This document shows, piece after piece, positions 46,620 to 58,965 of a DNA stretch of 64,000 nucleotides. The notes under the pieces were generated by a model, which saw only the letters and a list, made by a program, of their open reading frames with translations, was not told the DNA's origin and made no database searches. The position numbers and the translations under genes are program-made. The stretch is from Tubulanus polymorphus (lineage: Eukaryota; Animalia; Nemertea): assembly GCF_964204645.1 (NCBI RefSeq), contig NC_134027.1, positions 12,556,485 through 12,620,484 on the forward strand, read 5' to 3'. Position 1 is the first letter of the stretch; each line of letters starts with the position of its first letter.

Positions 46620-48364
46620 CTATGTAGAATCTTCGGATGTTGTTTTTTCTTGATCAGAATAATCGTAAGTCACATTTTGGGCAGATTCTATTCGTGCTCG
46701 CCTAAAGTCTTCCATAAAATTCGCTAACTCATCAAAGCTGTCAACCGATTTTAGATCTTCCGAGTTGTCTATTGGGTCAAGGCCTTCCAATAAGGGCTTG
46801 GTCTGCTGGCGCTCTTGAACCTACGCACGAAAACAATTATTACCAAATTTTTTTGTCACATGCTAGAACTGGAGAATTATGAGCCGCAATTCCCGACACT
46901 GTGAACCATCATTATTTTCGGTATTCTAAATCTCAATTTGACGGACCGACATGATTTATTGATTTAACTCATGACGTCGGTCGGTAGCCATCGACCAAAA
47001 CGGACTTTCAACCTTTTACATATAGATCATCGGTACACTCGATATATTACGCACCTTCGGTGCATAAATCGGTATGGCTTCACCCCCTCCATTTGACGGA
47101 AATTACTACTAATTGAATGAGAAACAAATACAATGTATATACGGATATCTTTCTTGAGTCAAATTGGGCGCTATTAATAACAGCATCAAAGTCACCCAAA
47201 ATACGTCTTCTCTGTCATCTAAATTTCTGTTTATATGACCGATATTGGATATGATACGAAATGATTATTTTTCATATCAATTTTTTTTAAATATTAATGG
47301 ATAGATATGATTTGATGTGATATCTTTATTAAAGTGACTGTGTATAAGTATATTCATTTTCGTTTGTTTACAATATTTTCAACACCCAGCCCTCATGTGC
47401 TTATACATCACTTCAAATTACGGGTTAAAAAATTATTGTGGTGGGTTAGGCACTAACATTTATTTCTTGATGTCTTTTATACCAAGCCTCGGACACAAAA
47501 CGACTTACTTTCATTTGACAATTTTGCATTAAATATATACATTTCTCGTTCGACTCATAGTTTCTAAACGCAGTTATATTTTGCTCAACTGCCGTAAAAA
47601 GAAAGTTTCTTTGCTGGTCATACAGCGGACATTCAACAGTTAAGTGAATTTCTATATTCAATGCGATTTAAGTGGCACACTGTACATGAGTCTGTTTTTC
47701 TAATCTGGATATATCTGGATCGACCGGGTTGTGTGCCAGTACGTAACTGTGCTATCAGGATCTTTTCGATCGTGTTAAGTCAAACGAAACCTAAAGTTCA
47801 GTACCGATAACCGTTTTAAATGTTTTGTAAGTCTTTAGTTTCGGTTTACTCTCAGTTTGATTTTTACACATAAGCGCATAATTTCGTTTTACTGCAGTTG
47901 CCAGACTGGATAGAATATGGTGGCTGATTCGGGCTACGAAATTTCAAATCGGTTAGAAAAGATGAAATTGTTTAAAAGTTGCTTTGCTATAGAAATACAG
48001 CAAGCGCTGAAATCATTTTTAGTTGAAAACAACAGCGCCAGCTGGAAAGGACATTATCAGGCTAGCTTACCTGTTAAGTATCCCAGATTGAAAATTTTGT
48101 TTATGCACATTTCAAAATAATTGATGCAGTGACGAAAACTGATGTACATTTAAGAAAATCTATTCGGGAATCTATTACAACGCAGTGGGACTTGTTACGA
48201 ATTACCTCAACTTGAAGAAACCCAGCAGCGAAGGAAATAATGTTTGATGGGACTTTCTTCAAAATTGCTCTCGCGAGTTTTTCAAGTATCTCTTTAAAAC
48301 CCTCAGGAACCTCCAAATGAAAGTCATGATCGCTATAATGAAAGTTGATTGATTTTAAAAGCAT
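46620..48364 (-). CDS. Sp17/CABYR-like RIIa docking-dimerisation domain protein, 119 aa; exons 48364-48206 and 46820-46620
   Basis: LEVPEGFKEILEKLARAILKKVPSNIISFAAGFL matches the RIIa D/D pattern (IPxGFxxLLExLxRxILxxQPxNIxxFAAxYF). Phase-0 GT-AG intron, acidic exon 2, minus-strand AATAAA at 46552-46557. Confidence 0.75.
47300..47900 (-). mobile_element. LINE 3' end remnant (RTEX/CR1-like C-terminal Zn-finger region)
   Basis: KPKLKTYKTFK...IAQLRTG...CTVC...EIHLTVECPLY with stops and frameshifts; AATAAA and a simple-repeat tail. Confidence 0.7.
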
Positions 48365-48439
48365 GTGATATCGTATCGGCAGGAAATCAATGACTTAATC
48401 ATGCAAAAACGGAAACTGGTGCTACATCATTGATCCCCA

Positions 48440-48549
48440 GGGCCCAGTTCCACAGTTCTGAGTTAAGATTTGACTCTGGGTTAACTCATTGAAAATTAAC
48501 TAACTTTAACTCAGGGTTAACTCTAACTCACGACTGTGGAACTGGGTCC
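48440..48549. mobile_element. Small palindromic MITE (Harbinger-like)
   Basis: GGGCCCAGTTCCACAGT...GAGTTA / TAACTC...ACTGTGGAACTGGGTCC. Confidence 0.65.
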
Positions 48550-49002
48550 TGGCTGATGAAAATAAGGTTTTTAACGCGATCAGAAGATCAAACATTATAT
48601 CTAATGAGGCTATTCTATCACATACGTACCTTTCTTGTTTCTCTACTGATTTCTCACCAACAGTTGTCATTTTTCATTAAAAATCAATCTTTTCACGGCT
48701 GACAAGTTTCGTTGCTTGACTACATGTCATTTCATAGATACAGGCTTAGTTACAATAATTGATCACTAAGTCGATGGCATCTGGCCACTAGGTTAGTAGC
48801 TTCAAGATGCGTAGGGCCGGGCCATAAAAGTTAGTATCTAGAATTAAAAAGTGGTTCCCCATAATTGTTGTTATAATTCTGCAAATGGAATTGGTGGGAT
48901 ATATGGATTATGTTATGGAATCCGTTGGTCTTGAGACACATATTGAGATTGAAATAAGGGATTCCCTGGACTTTTTTGCCTGGAGTAGGGGGTACAAAAC
49001 AC

Positions 49003-49273
49003 TACGGAAGCCCCTAGGTGACAGATACAATTTCGACTTACTATGTCGAAATTCGACTTATTAAGTCGAATTTTGACTTATAATGTCGAATTTCGACTTA
49101 TTATCTCGAATTTCGACTTAATTAGTCGAATTTCGACTTAATAATAACTCGGAAATTCGACATAAAAATAACTCGAATTTCGACATAATTAACTCGAAAT
49201 TCGAGTTAATTAACTCACATAAAAGTCGAAATTGTGAAAAAATTATCTCGTATATCACCTAGGGGCTTCCGTA
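49003..49273. mobile_element. MITE containing a 21-bp palindromic minisatellite
   Basis: TIR TACGGAAGCCCCTAGGTGA; about nine units of AATTTCGACTTATTAAGTCGA. Confidence 0.8.
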
Positions 49274-50039
49274 CATATCTGTACGATGCGATATCCCTCC
49301 TGTCTATAGGTTTGATTATCTTAAAAGTTAGGTTGGGTATGTGGGACGAAAACCATTTTAATGCGTAACTGATGCCGGCCTAGCAACCGTAGCAGCAGCA
49401 GAATTCCCTGGATTTACGCGCTTGAATTTAACGCTAGAATTTCTCTTGTTTTTACTATAAGATATAGAAGATTTTGGAATAGTGATCCGAGCTCCGATTT
49501 CAGTCTGTCACTTTGTACGTCTATGAAAATCAACTAGGACGATTGGTTTGTTTGATAGGCCTACAGTTTAACACTGAAAATCAAGGTTCAAATCTTGTAC
49601 AAGTGCGTTTAGATCTACACGAAATTGTTGAGTCAAATATTATGATGTATCAAATTTGACATAACACGTATCTTTGATAGCGATTCTGATGCGTCATATA
49701 TAGCAACATTTCTTATTCTTTGGTCGCACGATTTTAAGTTTTCTGACGCCACAAAAAAACCGTTACAGTTTTTGTTATCCGTTATTGCAGGGGTAATTTC
49801 GTAAATCTACACGTGTGCATTGCGACATCTGGCGTTTCAAATATCGTGACTTAACTCATATTTTCTATTCAGTGACAATGTTCATGTCTTTGATAATTAA
49901 TTTTAAAGGCAAATAGCTGAGAAGCAGCGATAACGGGTTTTCGATGTACAAATCGAATATTCGGGCTCGATATACAAATTAAAGCAAATGGAATAACCGC
50001 AAAATCAGCTAGTACCACCAGATGGCGCGACGAGCAGTA

Positions 50040-50968
50040 GGTCATGTACGGGCGTGAGATCTGGGGATACGAAAATCTTGATTTATTAGAAAATATTCAT
50101 TGCTTCTTCTGTAAAATTTTAATGAAATATTCTCGCAACTTTCAAGTTTTATCAGAGCTAGGACGTTACCCTTAGAATATAGATGTTAAATGCAGGATGA
50201 TTAACTTTTGGGTTAAAACGGTATCTGGAAAGCAAACCAAACTTAATTCAGTACCGTACAAAATATCTGTCAACTTGTTTTTATGGGATAAATTTAAGAG
50301 CCCTTGGTTATCATATATAAAGAAAACTTTTGATGATTGCGGTTTGCCCTGCATTTGGATGCAGCGATTCATGACAAGTAAATCTTTTTCGAAACGAATA
50401 GAACAGATACTCGGTGACCAGCGCCTTCAAGAAACCGTGTCTACCATAAATAATAATCCGATATACACTAACTTTAGGCAATATAGATATGATATTAGGT
50501 TAGAGAAGTGATGACGACTTAGTTACTAGCTTATTTGAATTTAGGGTCGGGTCCTATATTTTACCTGTGAACAAATTTTCAAACCTTCATTTAGACAGAG
50601 CTGATAGAATATGCCCCGCTTGTAATACTTTAGGTGATGAATCCCATTTTCTGTTTGATTGTACCTTACTTGATGAACCCTGCAAAAACTATTTGAATTT
50701 GAATACCTTTATTACCCTTGATATTTTAAAAAACCCAACGGTCCTATTGGCTAAATTCATTAAAACCGGCTTAGATGTATATAGATCCCTTCAATAGTAT
50801 TATATGTATTGTAAATAGTTAATGTATATATATTCTGTTACCTTTTCATTCTCTAAATTCTTTTCACTTAAGTGTTGTCTTGTAAGTATTTGTATATACA
50901 TGTGTAATAGTTTTCCTCGATATACCATGGAAATGGTTGGAGTGTAAAAAAACCGTAATCGTAATCGT
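50040..50968 (+). mobile_element. LINE 3' remnant (RTEX-like)
   Basis: YGREIWGY...SELGRYPL...INFW...PWLSYIK...DRICPACNTLGDESHFLFDC, decayed; ends in an A-run and (CGTAAT)n tail. Confidence 0.75.
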
Positions 50969-53900
50969 GTGCCGTTGTCATAGTTCATTAGAAATGAACT
51001 TGATTTTTAGACTCCCCAATCCATCACAGCACCCACCAAATATACAATAAATGCAAACGACCAACTACCTACTTGCGAGCATGGTGGATCCTCGCCTGCC
51101 ATACGTGGAATCCTCGATTACCACAGTCTGCGACTTAATACCCAGGGTTATACAGCATTATTTTAATGAAAAAAACGTTTGTCAATGTTGGGATTCGAAA
51201 CTTATACGAGGACGGGCACAACTACTTTAGCATAATATATCACGATATGATCCTTTAATATCTTCGAAATCATGAGGTACGAACAGGCACGTCTCAATAG
51301 AATCATTAGAATCAACGCGTATCGGATTCAAGTCCTTAACGGCGGGTTCTTATTTGTCTATGTGGAGCAAATTTTGAAGGTCTACCAAAATTCTTTAAAA
51401 AAACAAATCGTGGATTAGGTGAAGTATTTTTTTGCAATTTATCTAGAAGCTTGGTGGCTTAAATTATGTTTATAATTACACGTAGTATTAGCAAAATATC
51501 AGCCATGAAACAATAACAAGGCTCTATATCATAAATGACAGAACTTCAATGTGCATTTATGACGTAATTTCTGGTACCGAACTAATAATTTTCCAGCGCT
51601 TGAAATTAATTTGCGACACAACGCAACACGAAAGGAATAGTATATTTGTATAAAGGTCAACCATAATCTTGAAGATGATGTAGTCATCGTTGTCGGTTAC
51701 GTTCGAATTCTCTTCGCATTTGATTATCAAATTGACTCACCGATTTACAGCACTGGTTTGAGTGATAAGTTTGTCAATTGTTTGTAAATCAGTTAATTTT
51801 TCGTCAATTTTCACAAAATTCAGATGATTACCCCACTCCAAACTCCGACATTACACACTGAATTCCTACATATACGTACGCACCGGCTTTAACCAGTGCA
51901 TGACCTTTGTTGATCATTGCACTGGCACGCAACCCGCCCATCTGGAAAAGTAAAATGGTTTATATAACTTGGCAAGATATATTAAAATTTTAAAATCCAC
52001 TTGAAAGGGGGCGTTTATACGCACAGTTCTTGAAATGTTTGGATTTTTTAGAAAATGATTTCTGAAAATAATGAATTTCAAAATTCAGTACCCTGGATTT
52101 TTATGCGCGTGGCAAAAACTGACCACCGATTTTTATATCGCTCTCATGTCGCATTGTTGCAAATTTGAGAAATGATTTTTGCATAAATGAAAACTAGAGA
52201 TTCACACGGTTTAAATGTTGCAAAAACTGTCAAAACCCATCCAGGGACAGATGAGATATGATAAAACACGCATCACAAATAGTTTTTAAAAAGGAGAAAA
52301 TATAATAATGACCCAACAATACAGGACTAAAGTACCCTAACAAAATGGCGGCTAGCAACTGTAAAATGGTTTATTGGGGGATTTTAGATGTTATTATTAT
52401 TATTATTTAGATGTTATTTCAGTGATTATTTGAAAATTCACCAAACGTCTCATGAACACGTGCTAACAAGAAACTTGCTGCTGACCCCGAATGGTGACGA
52501 ATAAAAACATGGCGGCTCGTCTCTGGACCTGATTTTAGAATTACGCCTTGATAGCTCAGTGGGATACAAGGCGTGATGCATCATTCACTATCGGGGCTTA
52601 GTGACAAGTGGGCCCAAGTCTTGCCAATGACGAATAATGATGCAGACAATTTCAATAGTACGAAAGCAGCCGAAACCCCAAATAATGTATGATAAAAGTA
52701 CAGAAATCTGTGCAAAAGGTTCGCTAAAAAATCATTCGAATCTATTCTGAATTCTAGTGGAGATGAATGTCATACACTACAAGGGCAAATGAATTAGCAC
52801 AAGTCTACAAAATCTCAAATCTCAAGGTTATTAATTGTCAGACTTCCATTGTTCACTCATATACCTTAGTTCAATGCCCGTTCTGTCGTTCGGTATTTTG
52901 CAGAAAGCTGAATTCCAAAAGCAAATCGTGACATCTATTTCGTTGGAAAAATCAGCGCACATGTTTTTGCGTTGGGAATAAAGCAAAATTCGAGAAGGTA
53001 ATCACTAAAAATCAATGTGAATCGAACCTGTCGAAATAGTGACATCATCGACTTTCACTAATTATGGCCGTTCATCGTACTCCTGTTAGTGCTATACGCC
53101 AACATTCTGAGTCAGAATGATTTGAACCTTTGATGAGTTGCTAACCTAGGTTTATATCATGGTCAATATCTTAATTCACCAATACACGTATATACCTACT
53201 GCGTGAAAGTTTTACGTACGTCCCCTTACTCTTCTACGTAGATACACGAAGCACCGTTAAAATCTGAAGATTTAAAAAGTACCTTTTAAAGATCTATGAT
53301 GCAATGGGTCACGTGCATGATCCAAACTCCTGAACGAAACGGATATAACGTGATATAACATGAATGAAATATAAGCTTTTATTGGAATAAATAAACAAGG
53401 AATACAGTGCAGTAGGTGAAACCATGTATTAAACAAATAGATTCTTCTAGCTGACAGTTAGTCAAAATCGAACTCATGTGGAAAGTAAAAGTAAAGCCTG
53501 GTTTTCACGAGCGGTTTCCAGCAAGCAATTTCCAGCTGAGAAATTTTGCTGTAGCTTTTTCTAGCTGCCACGTTTTCCAGATCAGGGCCAATCTTCGGCG
53601 TTTTCACAACCGCTCGCGAAAACCACCCTTAAACGACTAAGACGCACTAGGTCCCCGCTTGTCAATGGAGGTCAACCCCATGTAAGCAAATATTTGAGCA
53701 TCGAATTAGGTAGATTCACTCATTTTTTAGTTCTCGTTTAGTTCTCGTTCGAAATATACTTCGTAATTTACTTTCAAATTGCAGGAAAATACGGAAGCGT
53801 CCTGGGGACATAATCAATTAGTTATTTTTTGCTGATTGAAAAATCATAGAATTAATTGATGCGGTGATTTAATTCCGACTTATTCATTTCCGCTTATGAA

Positions 53901-54860
53901 TCAATTCCGTGAAAAAGGTCGGTATTAAATCGCCGCCGGTCTAAAAAAGATAAAATTAAATTAAAATGATTTAATTTCGTGAAAAAAATCGGATTTAAAT
54001 CGACGCCGGTTGAAAAAAACATAACATTTAATAAAAATTCGATTTTTTAATATTACTTTGTGATTTTTCAATCAAAATTCATCCTAAAATTCATCCTAAT
54101 ATAGTCAGTTTACACATGCTACAATAAAAACATTCATGTATTTAAAACATAAATGAATAAAAGAATAATTTTCTACTACCTTTTGTAAATAATGATTAAT
54201 TAGAAAATATAAGAAATAGGCGATAAGGTTGAAAAACATAATAGTAACTCATTTTTGAGAACCCATTTTTTCCCGATCTGCCATAGAGGTTAGTTTTAGT
54301 TATTGTTTTTTTTAGCTTTTTAAAAGACGAAAATGAATAACCATTCAACAATAACTGGTCCGTGAGATTCTTTCCTTTTTACATCAAAATATATGAAAAA
54401 ACTGCTTCTAAATATTTTGTACAAGTATTGACGAATTCGGTAAGTTATTCATTCCACACATTCGTCTATCGATGACCAACAAATTGTGAGGCTGTCGATT
54501 GTCTGGGGGTAGGGTACACAGATTTCAAATTGACAGCCGCACGATGGCGGAAATCTCGAAATATCAGCGGGTCATGGGAGGAAAAAGGTAATATTGGCAT
54601 AAATATTCATTTTGTTGCAAACAATCAGAAATCTATGGTGACTGATTCGGGCCAAACTAAAAAAAGAGTTGCGACAACCGAAACGCGCATGGTAATTCAA
54701 GGTTATCTATGACAGGTGTATTTGAACTGTGAATAGGATTTCCTGTCAACGAATTGGCTGAGCATTGAGACTCTTTTCTGTTGATCCGAATCGGCCAAAA
54801 AGTGTCGAAATATACATTTTTAATCATACACCCACATGTATATCGTGTTTATATCAAGCT

Positions 54861-55592
54861 TTATCCTATGGGTTTTCCACATGTTCTAGATGATAATTTT
54901 TCGCTCACAAATAATTTTAATAGGTAAATACCAAATATCAATAACTGAAAGATCGGTAGTATAATTAATATTAGCACAATTGACACAATACTTGCAGTCA
55001 CTGGATCGTTCCAATTCAACATTACCTTATATAGAGAATTGTTTACCGGATCTACGTAATAATAGATGACGGTAAATATGACGTATGTTGTGGCATAAGC
55101 CATTACATACACTGCATGGATGAGCCGAACGGGAATAGCATTGAATATCAGATCCAACGTTACGACTATCAAATTGAAGGCGTGTGCCGCGAAATTGTCA
55201 AACTTAAATGGATGCGGATTGTATAGAAAAGCCCAATATAGTATAGATACGAAGAATGCGGCGGGTACAGTTATGATATAGAGTATCCAGACAACTTTGG
55301 TGTACCACGGATTTGATAGTTTGACTGGATCATACTCGGTCTCTAGTGCCCCCACTTCCAATTTTCGCTGCCTGTTCAGTTTTAAGTGACCGACGATAGA
55401 TACGATCAAGGCAATTGTGACGTAAATGGTAAGGGTTGTGAATGCCCATCGGGTAAGAAACGCCAAGAAGAAATGTTCCTGTGTAGCTCCCATCTTGTAA
55501 GGGTCGGTGCTCACTGAGTAAATAAATGCGCTAAGTTGGTATACACATAGGGCAGTTCTCAGTACAAGGAATACTGCTGGGTGACATCCGCT
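54861..55592 (-). CDS. Protein rolling stone-like multipass membrane protein, last large exon; upstream exon(s) not identified
   Basis: FLTRW, PWYTKVVWILY, SILYWAFL, HAFN, PVRLIH, YVIFTVIYY and LY..LNW..P motifs of the Rost family; TTTTCAG acceptor at 55593-55595. Confidence 0.8.
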   Translation of the reverse strand, partial: SGCHPAVFLVLRTALCVYQLSAFIYSVSTDPYKMGATQEHFFLAFLTRWAFTTLTIYVTIALIVSIVGHLKLNRQRKLEVGALETEYDPVKLSNPWYTKVVWILYIITVPAAFFVSILYWAFLYNPHPFKFDNFAAHAFNLIVVTLDLIFNAIPVRLIHAVYVMAYATTYVIFTVIYYYVDPVNNSLYKVMLNWNDPVTASIVSIVLILIILPIFQLLIFGIYLLKLFVSEKLSSRTCGKPIG

Positions 55593-58500
55593 CTGAAAAG
55601 CAATAAATATTAACCAGTTAGTGAAACTGAAAGTGTTATGAAAAAGTGAACGGTCATACGGCAAGTGTAAAACTGTATCTGATTGGCAAGTAGCCAAAAT
55701 CATTGTCCCTATCCGTCGTGTGTCACCCTGATATAAGTTGCATATTATATAATCATATATATCTACAATTTCATATCGAATGGTTCATAATATTTAATTT
55801 TTCTTACTACACGGAATGCTTGATAATAAAAATTATAGTATTAACAATGTAATATAACTTATGAATATAGTATCAATATGTGCTTCATCGAAATCAACAT
55901 GTCAGACTACTCAATATGTATTCAAAGTAATTAGCTATAGTCAGTGTTCATCATTAATCAATTTGTGTCTCTCAAACATGTCACGAGGTGCTATTTTGTG
56001 AGTAGAGATGTCTATAATCTGTCTGACACCTAGTTCTCACATTATACTCATGATTCTGTATATAAAGACAATGTAAAGTTATTATAATCATTCTCATTCC
56101 GGGATGCAATAAAGATCGTACATAAAAGGTTTAACTGCCTTGTTGTTCCTGATGGATGGAATCCTGTTCCACTGGTGAAAATGCTCCACAGCCAGCCTGC
56201 CGATTACACGTGCTCTGCTTGTGAGGGCAAACCAACAACAGGCCAACAAGCTAATCGCTCACAATGTATACAAAAACCAATGACTTAGATAAGTTATTCC
56301 GATATTCAACGGCCCCTGGTGAACATATTAAACAGAAACCAGTTACCTTGAAACTAACCATGTCATAAGATACACATCTTTTTTTTTAATTGCGGTTACA
56401 AAATATGCATTAAAACCCATTAAAAATCGGTTGACTGATAAGATTGTCGTTAATTACGCAATGATTGATTGATCAAAACCCTATCTGCTGTGTTAGCGAC
56501 CCCCCTCCCCAAAGTATACCCATCACCATAATTTCATCAGAAAATGGCTAACCATTAGTAAGCTACAGGTCTCTGAATTCAGGCCAAAAATGTCATGTTT
56601 GGGCACAAAAAAGATTCCGGTTTTCTCTTTTTGTTTCGTAACATTTAAGGGTGATACAGTGATACAGTATTAATGTCCTATTAATGTCTATATCAATTAT
56701 GTAATTCGTCATTCCCATTATGTAACTTGTGTTTTTAAATCTATATATTGTCATGATTTACAGGAAATTAAGTAAATAATACTAATAATAATGATAGTCG
56801 GAGCTAATGATCGAACGCACTGTATTTGATCACACGACAGTGTCCAACGGTTAGGAACCAAATGACGTTCGGTTTACTTAGTTCGCAAATAACTTCGGTA
56901 ACCAAAGTACATGTTTCATGTCCCCGACATGGATTACGGTGTAATGACGAGGGGAGTTGTAAACGTTTTTACCACCAAGATATTATCACGGCTAAAATGT
57001 CTTAGATTTAACTATACCTATTAGTTATGTTATTTATTACAGATACCTGATAGCGAGAAAACAAATATTAATGCGAAAAATTAACGTGAGAAAACTAAAA
57101 TTTACTGGTGAGAAAACAAAATGATTTGTTTTCTCGGGTTAATATTTGTTTTCTCGCGCTAATATTTGTCTTGGTGACTCCGCCAAAGTTTGTTTTCTCA
57201 CCCCGCAAAAAAACGCAAATGAAAACAAAATAAATTTCTCGCTATCAAATTTGTTTCTAGATTTTTCATGCTTGAAAAATATCAGCGTGGCTCGAATGAG
57301 CCACCATAATGTAGAAAGGGGTCTCGTTTGAAATATGCATGATAATAAGTGTATTCACAGCGAGGATGAGGTTTAGCACCTCCTTGCGTGATAAATTATG
57401 TATTTTCCATTCTCACAGAATACTAGTGTAGATGAATAATAAAACAAACCGCGTACACTTGTAGATAGCATGCATTAAATCGCATCACAGCTCGCCGAAT
57501 GGCATCAAGTAGCCATTAAGTGTGTAAAACTGATAAGCACCATTTTGACGAGTATTCAAGAGCTAATTTGTAAGTCCAAATTCCCTTCTGCAAGATAAAT
57601 TGACGATATAAAAAATGATCTTGGGCGCGAATTCTAGCATATGTTCAGAGGTAATGGAAGTATGATATCCCGGGTTTGATATTTAATTTTCCTGCGTGTT
57701 ATGTCTACGAACCATGAATACCGACCACAAAATATACAATACTGAGATCTGAATATGGGCGCGCGGTAATGTTTCGAGACTAAAAAAATGGGAAAATCGC
57801 TATGAAAATTAACAAATGAAAACATATGAATAATAGATTATTATGTTCAAATAATTCTTCTGGTATTTTAACCTCTATCATTTTCATCATAGAAACTACC
57901 AAGTCGATTCTGAATATGAGTGGTAACAGTTAGAAAGACGTGGAATCGTAAAATGAATACATCTACGTGATTGCCAACTTCTTTTTCACGAGGCATGTTA
58001 TCAACAATTAAGATAGGCCCTACATGTAATGAGTAGCACCAAATATGCGACATCAAAGTAAGCGATTAGGGTACGACCTAGTCTTGAATCATCTAAGTAC
58101 AATATTATAAATGAATATGAATTGTGCGATGATTCATATGCAAAAAGAATTTACCTGTAAACCTAATTTCAGAGTGCGGTGAGATATGATCATCGAAGAT
58201 TTAACTAAAATAATTCAGAAATTGATCGTATAATCCGGAAAAGTGACATGTCAAAAAATCGATGGATTTAATTTTGTGGCAGATAATGCAATGGTAGTTT
58301 ATTATTCTATACATTTTCCCTGGCCTTTTTCCTTTGGCTATTTTTGCCTAGGCAAATAGCTTGGCCATTTTCCCGCTCAATTTATAAAACGGCAGTTGGC
58401 TAAAAGGGGGTGATGATATTAATGATGATGACGACGACTACATTGACGACGCCCAATGATCTTTGATTTTTTATGATAACCGGATGACGTTGTTAATGGT

Positions 58501-58843
58501 TATAATTCATGAACTTACTTGACTATAATAGAAGTCACTTTCGGGCGTATAAGTTAACGATAATGCCTTTAAGGTAAATTCATCTTTCAGTACTGTTTTA
58601 CAGGACCCCATGATGCAAAATCCTATCAGTATCAGCTGTTATGCACAATGATGGGCTTACTTCAAATCCGATACTGTTTATACTAAGTAGGCCTAAAATG
58701 GGCCGATATATCTACAGTGATCATTTCTTTTTCTAAGAAAATATCGAACAATATACAAAGAACGAGTATTCATTGGTCAGAATCAGGAGATAGCTATGTT
58801 AATTATTCCGCGCGTTTCCAACAATCCAATAAGAACTTGTTCG

Positions 58844-58965
<122 letters not shown>

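Noticed and set aside
49030-49235. CRISPR-like regular repeats
   Set aside because: Head-to-tail units without unique spacers, inside a eukaryotic MITE, with no cas genes.
55593-55703. N-terminal 37 aa of the 280-aa ORF
   Set aside because: Lies upstream of a clear splice acceptor and lacks family similarity; probably intron.
57530-57600. Possible first exon of the rolling stone-like gene (SCRREFGL...)
   Set aside because: Needs a frameshift or stop read-through and lacks a convincing donor.
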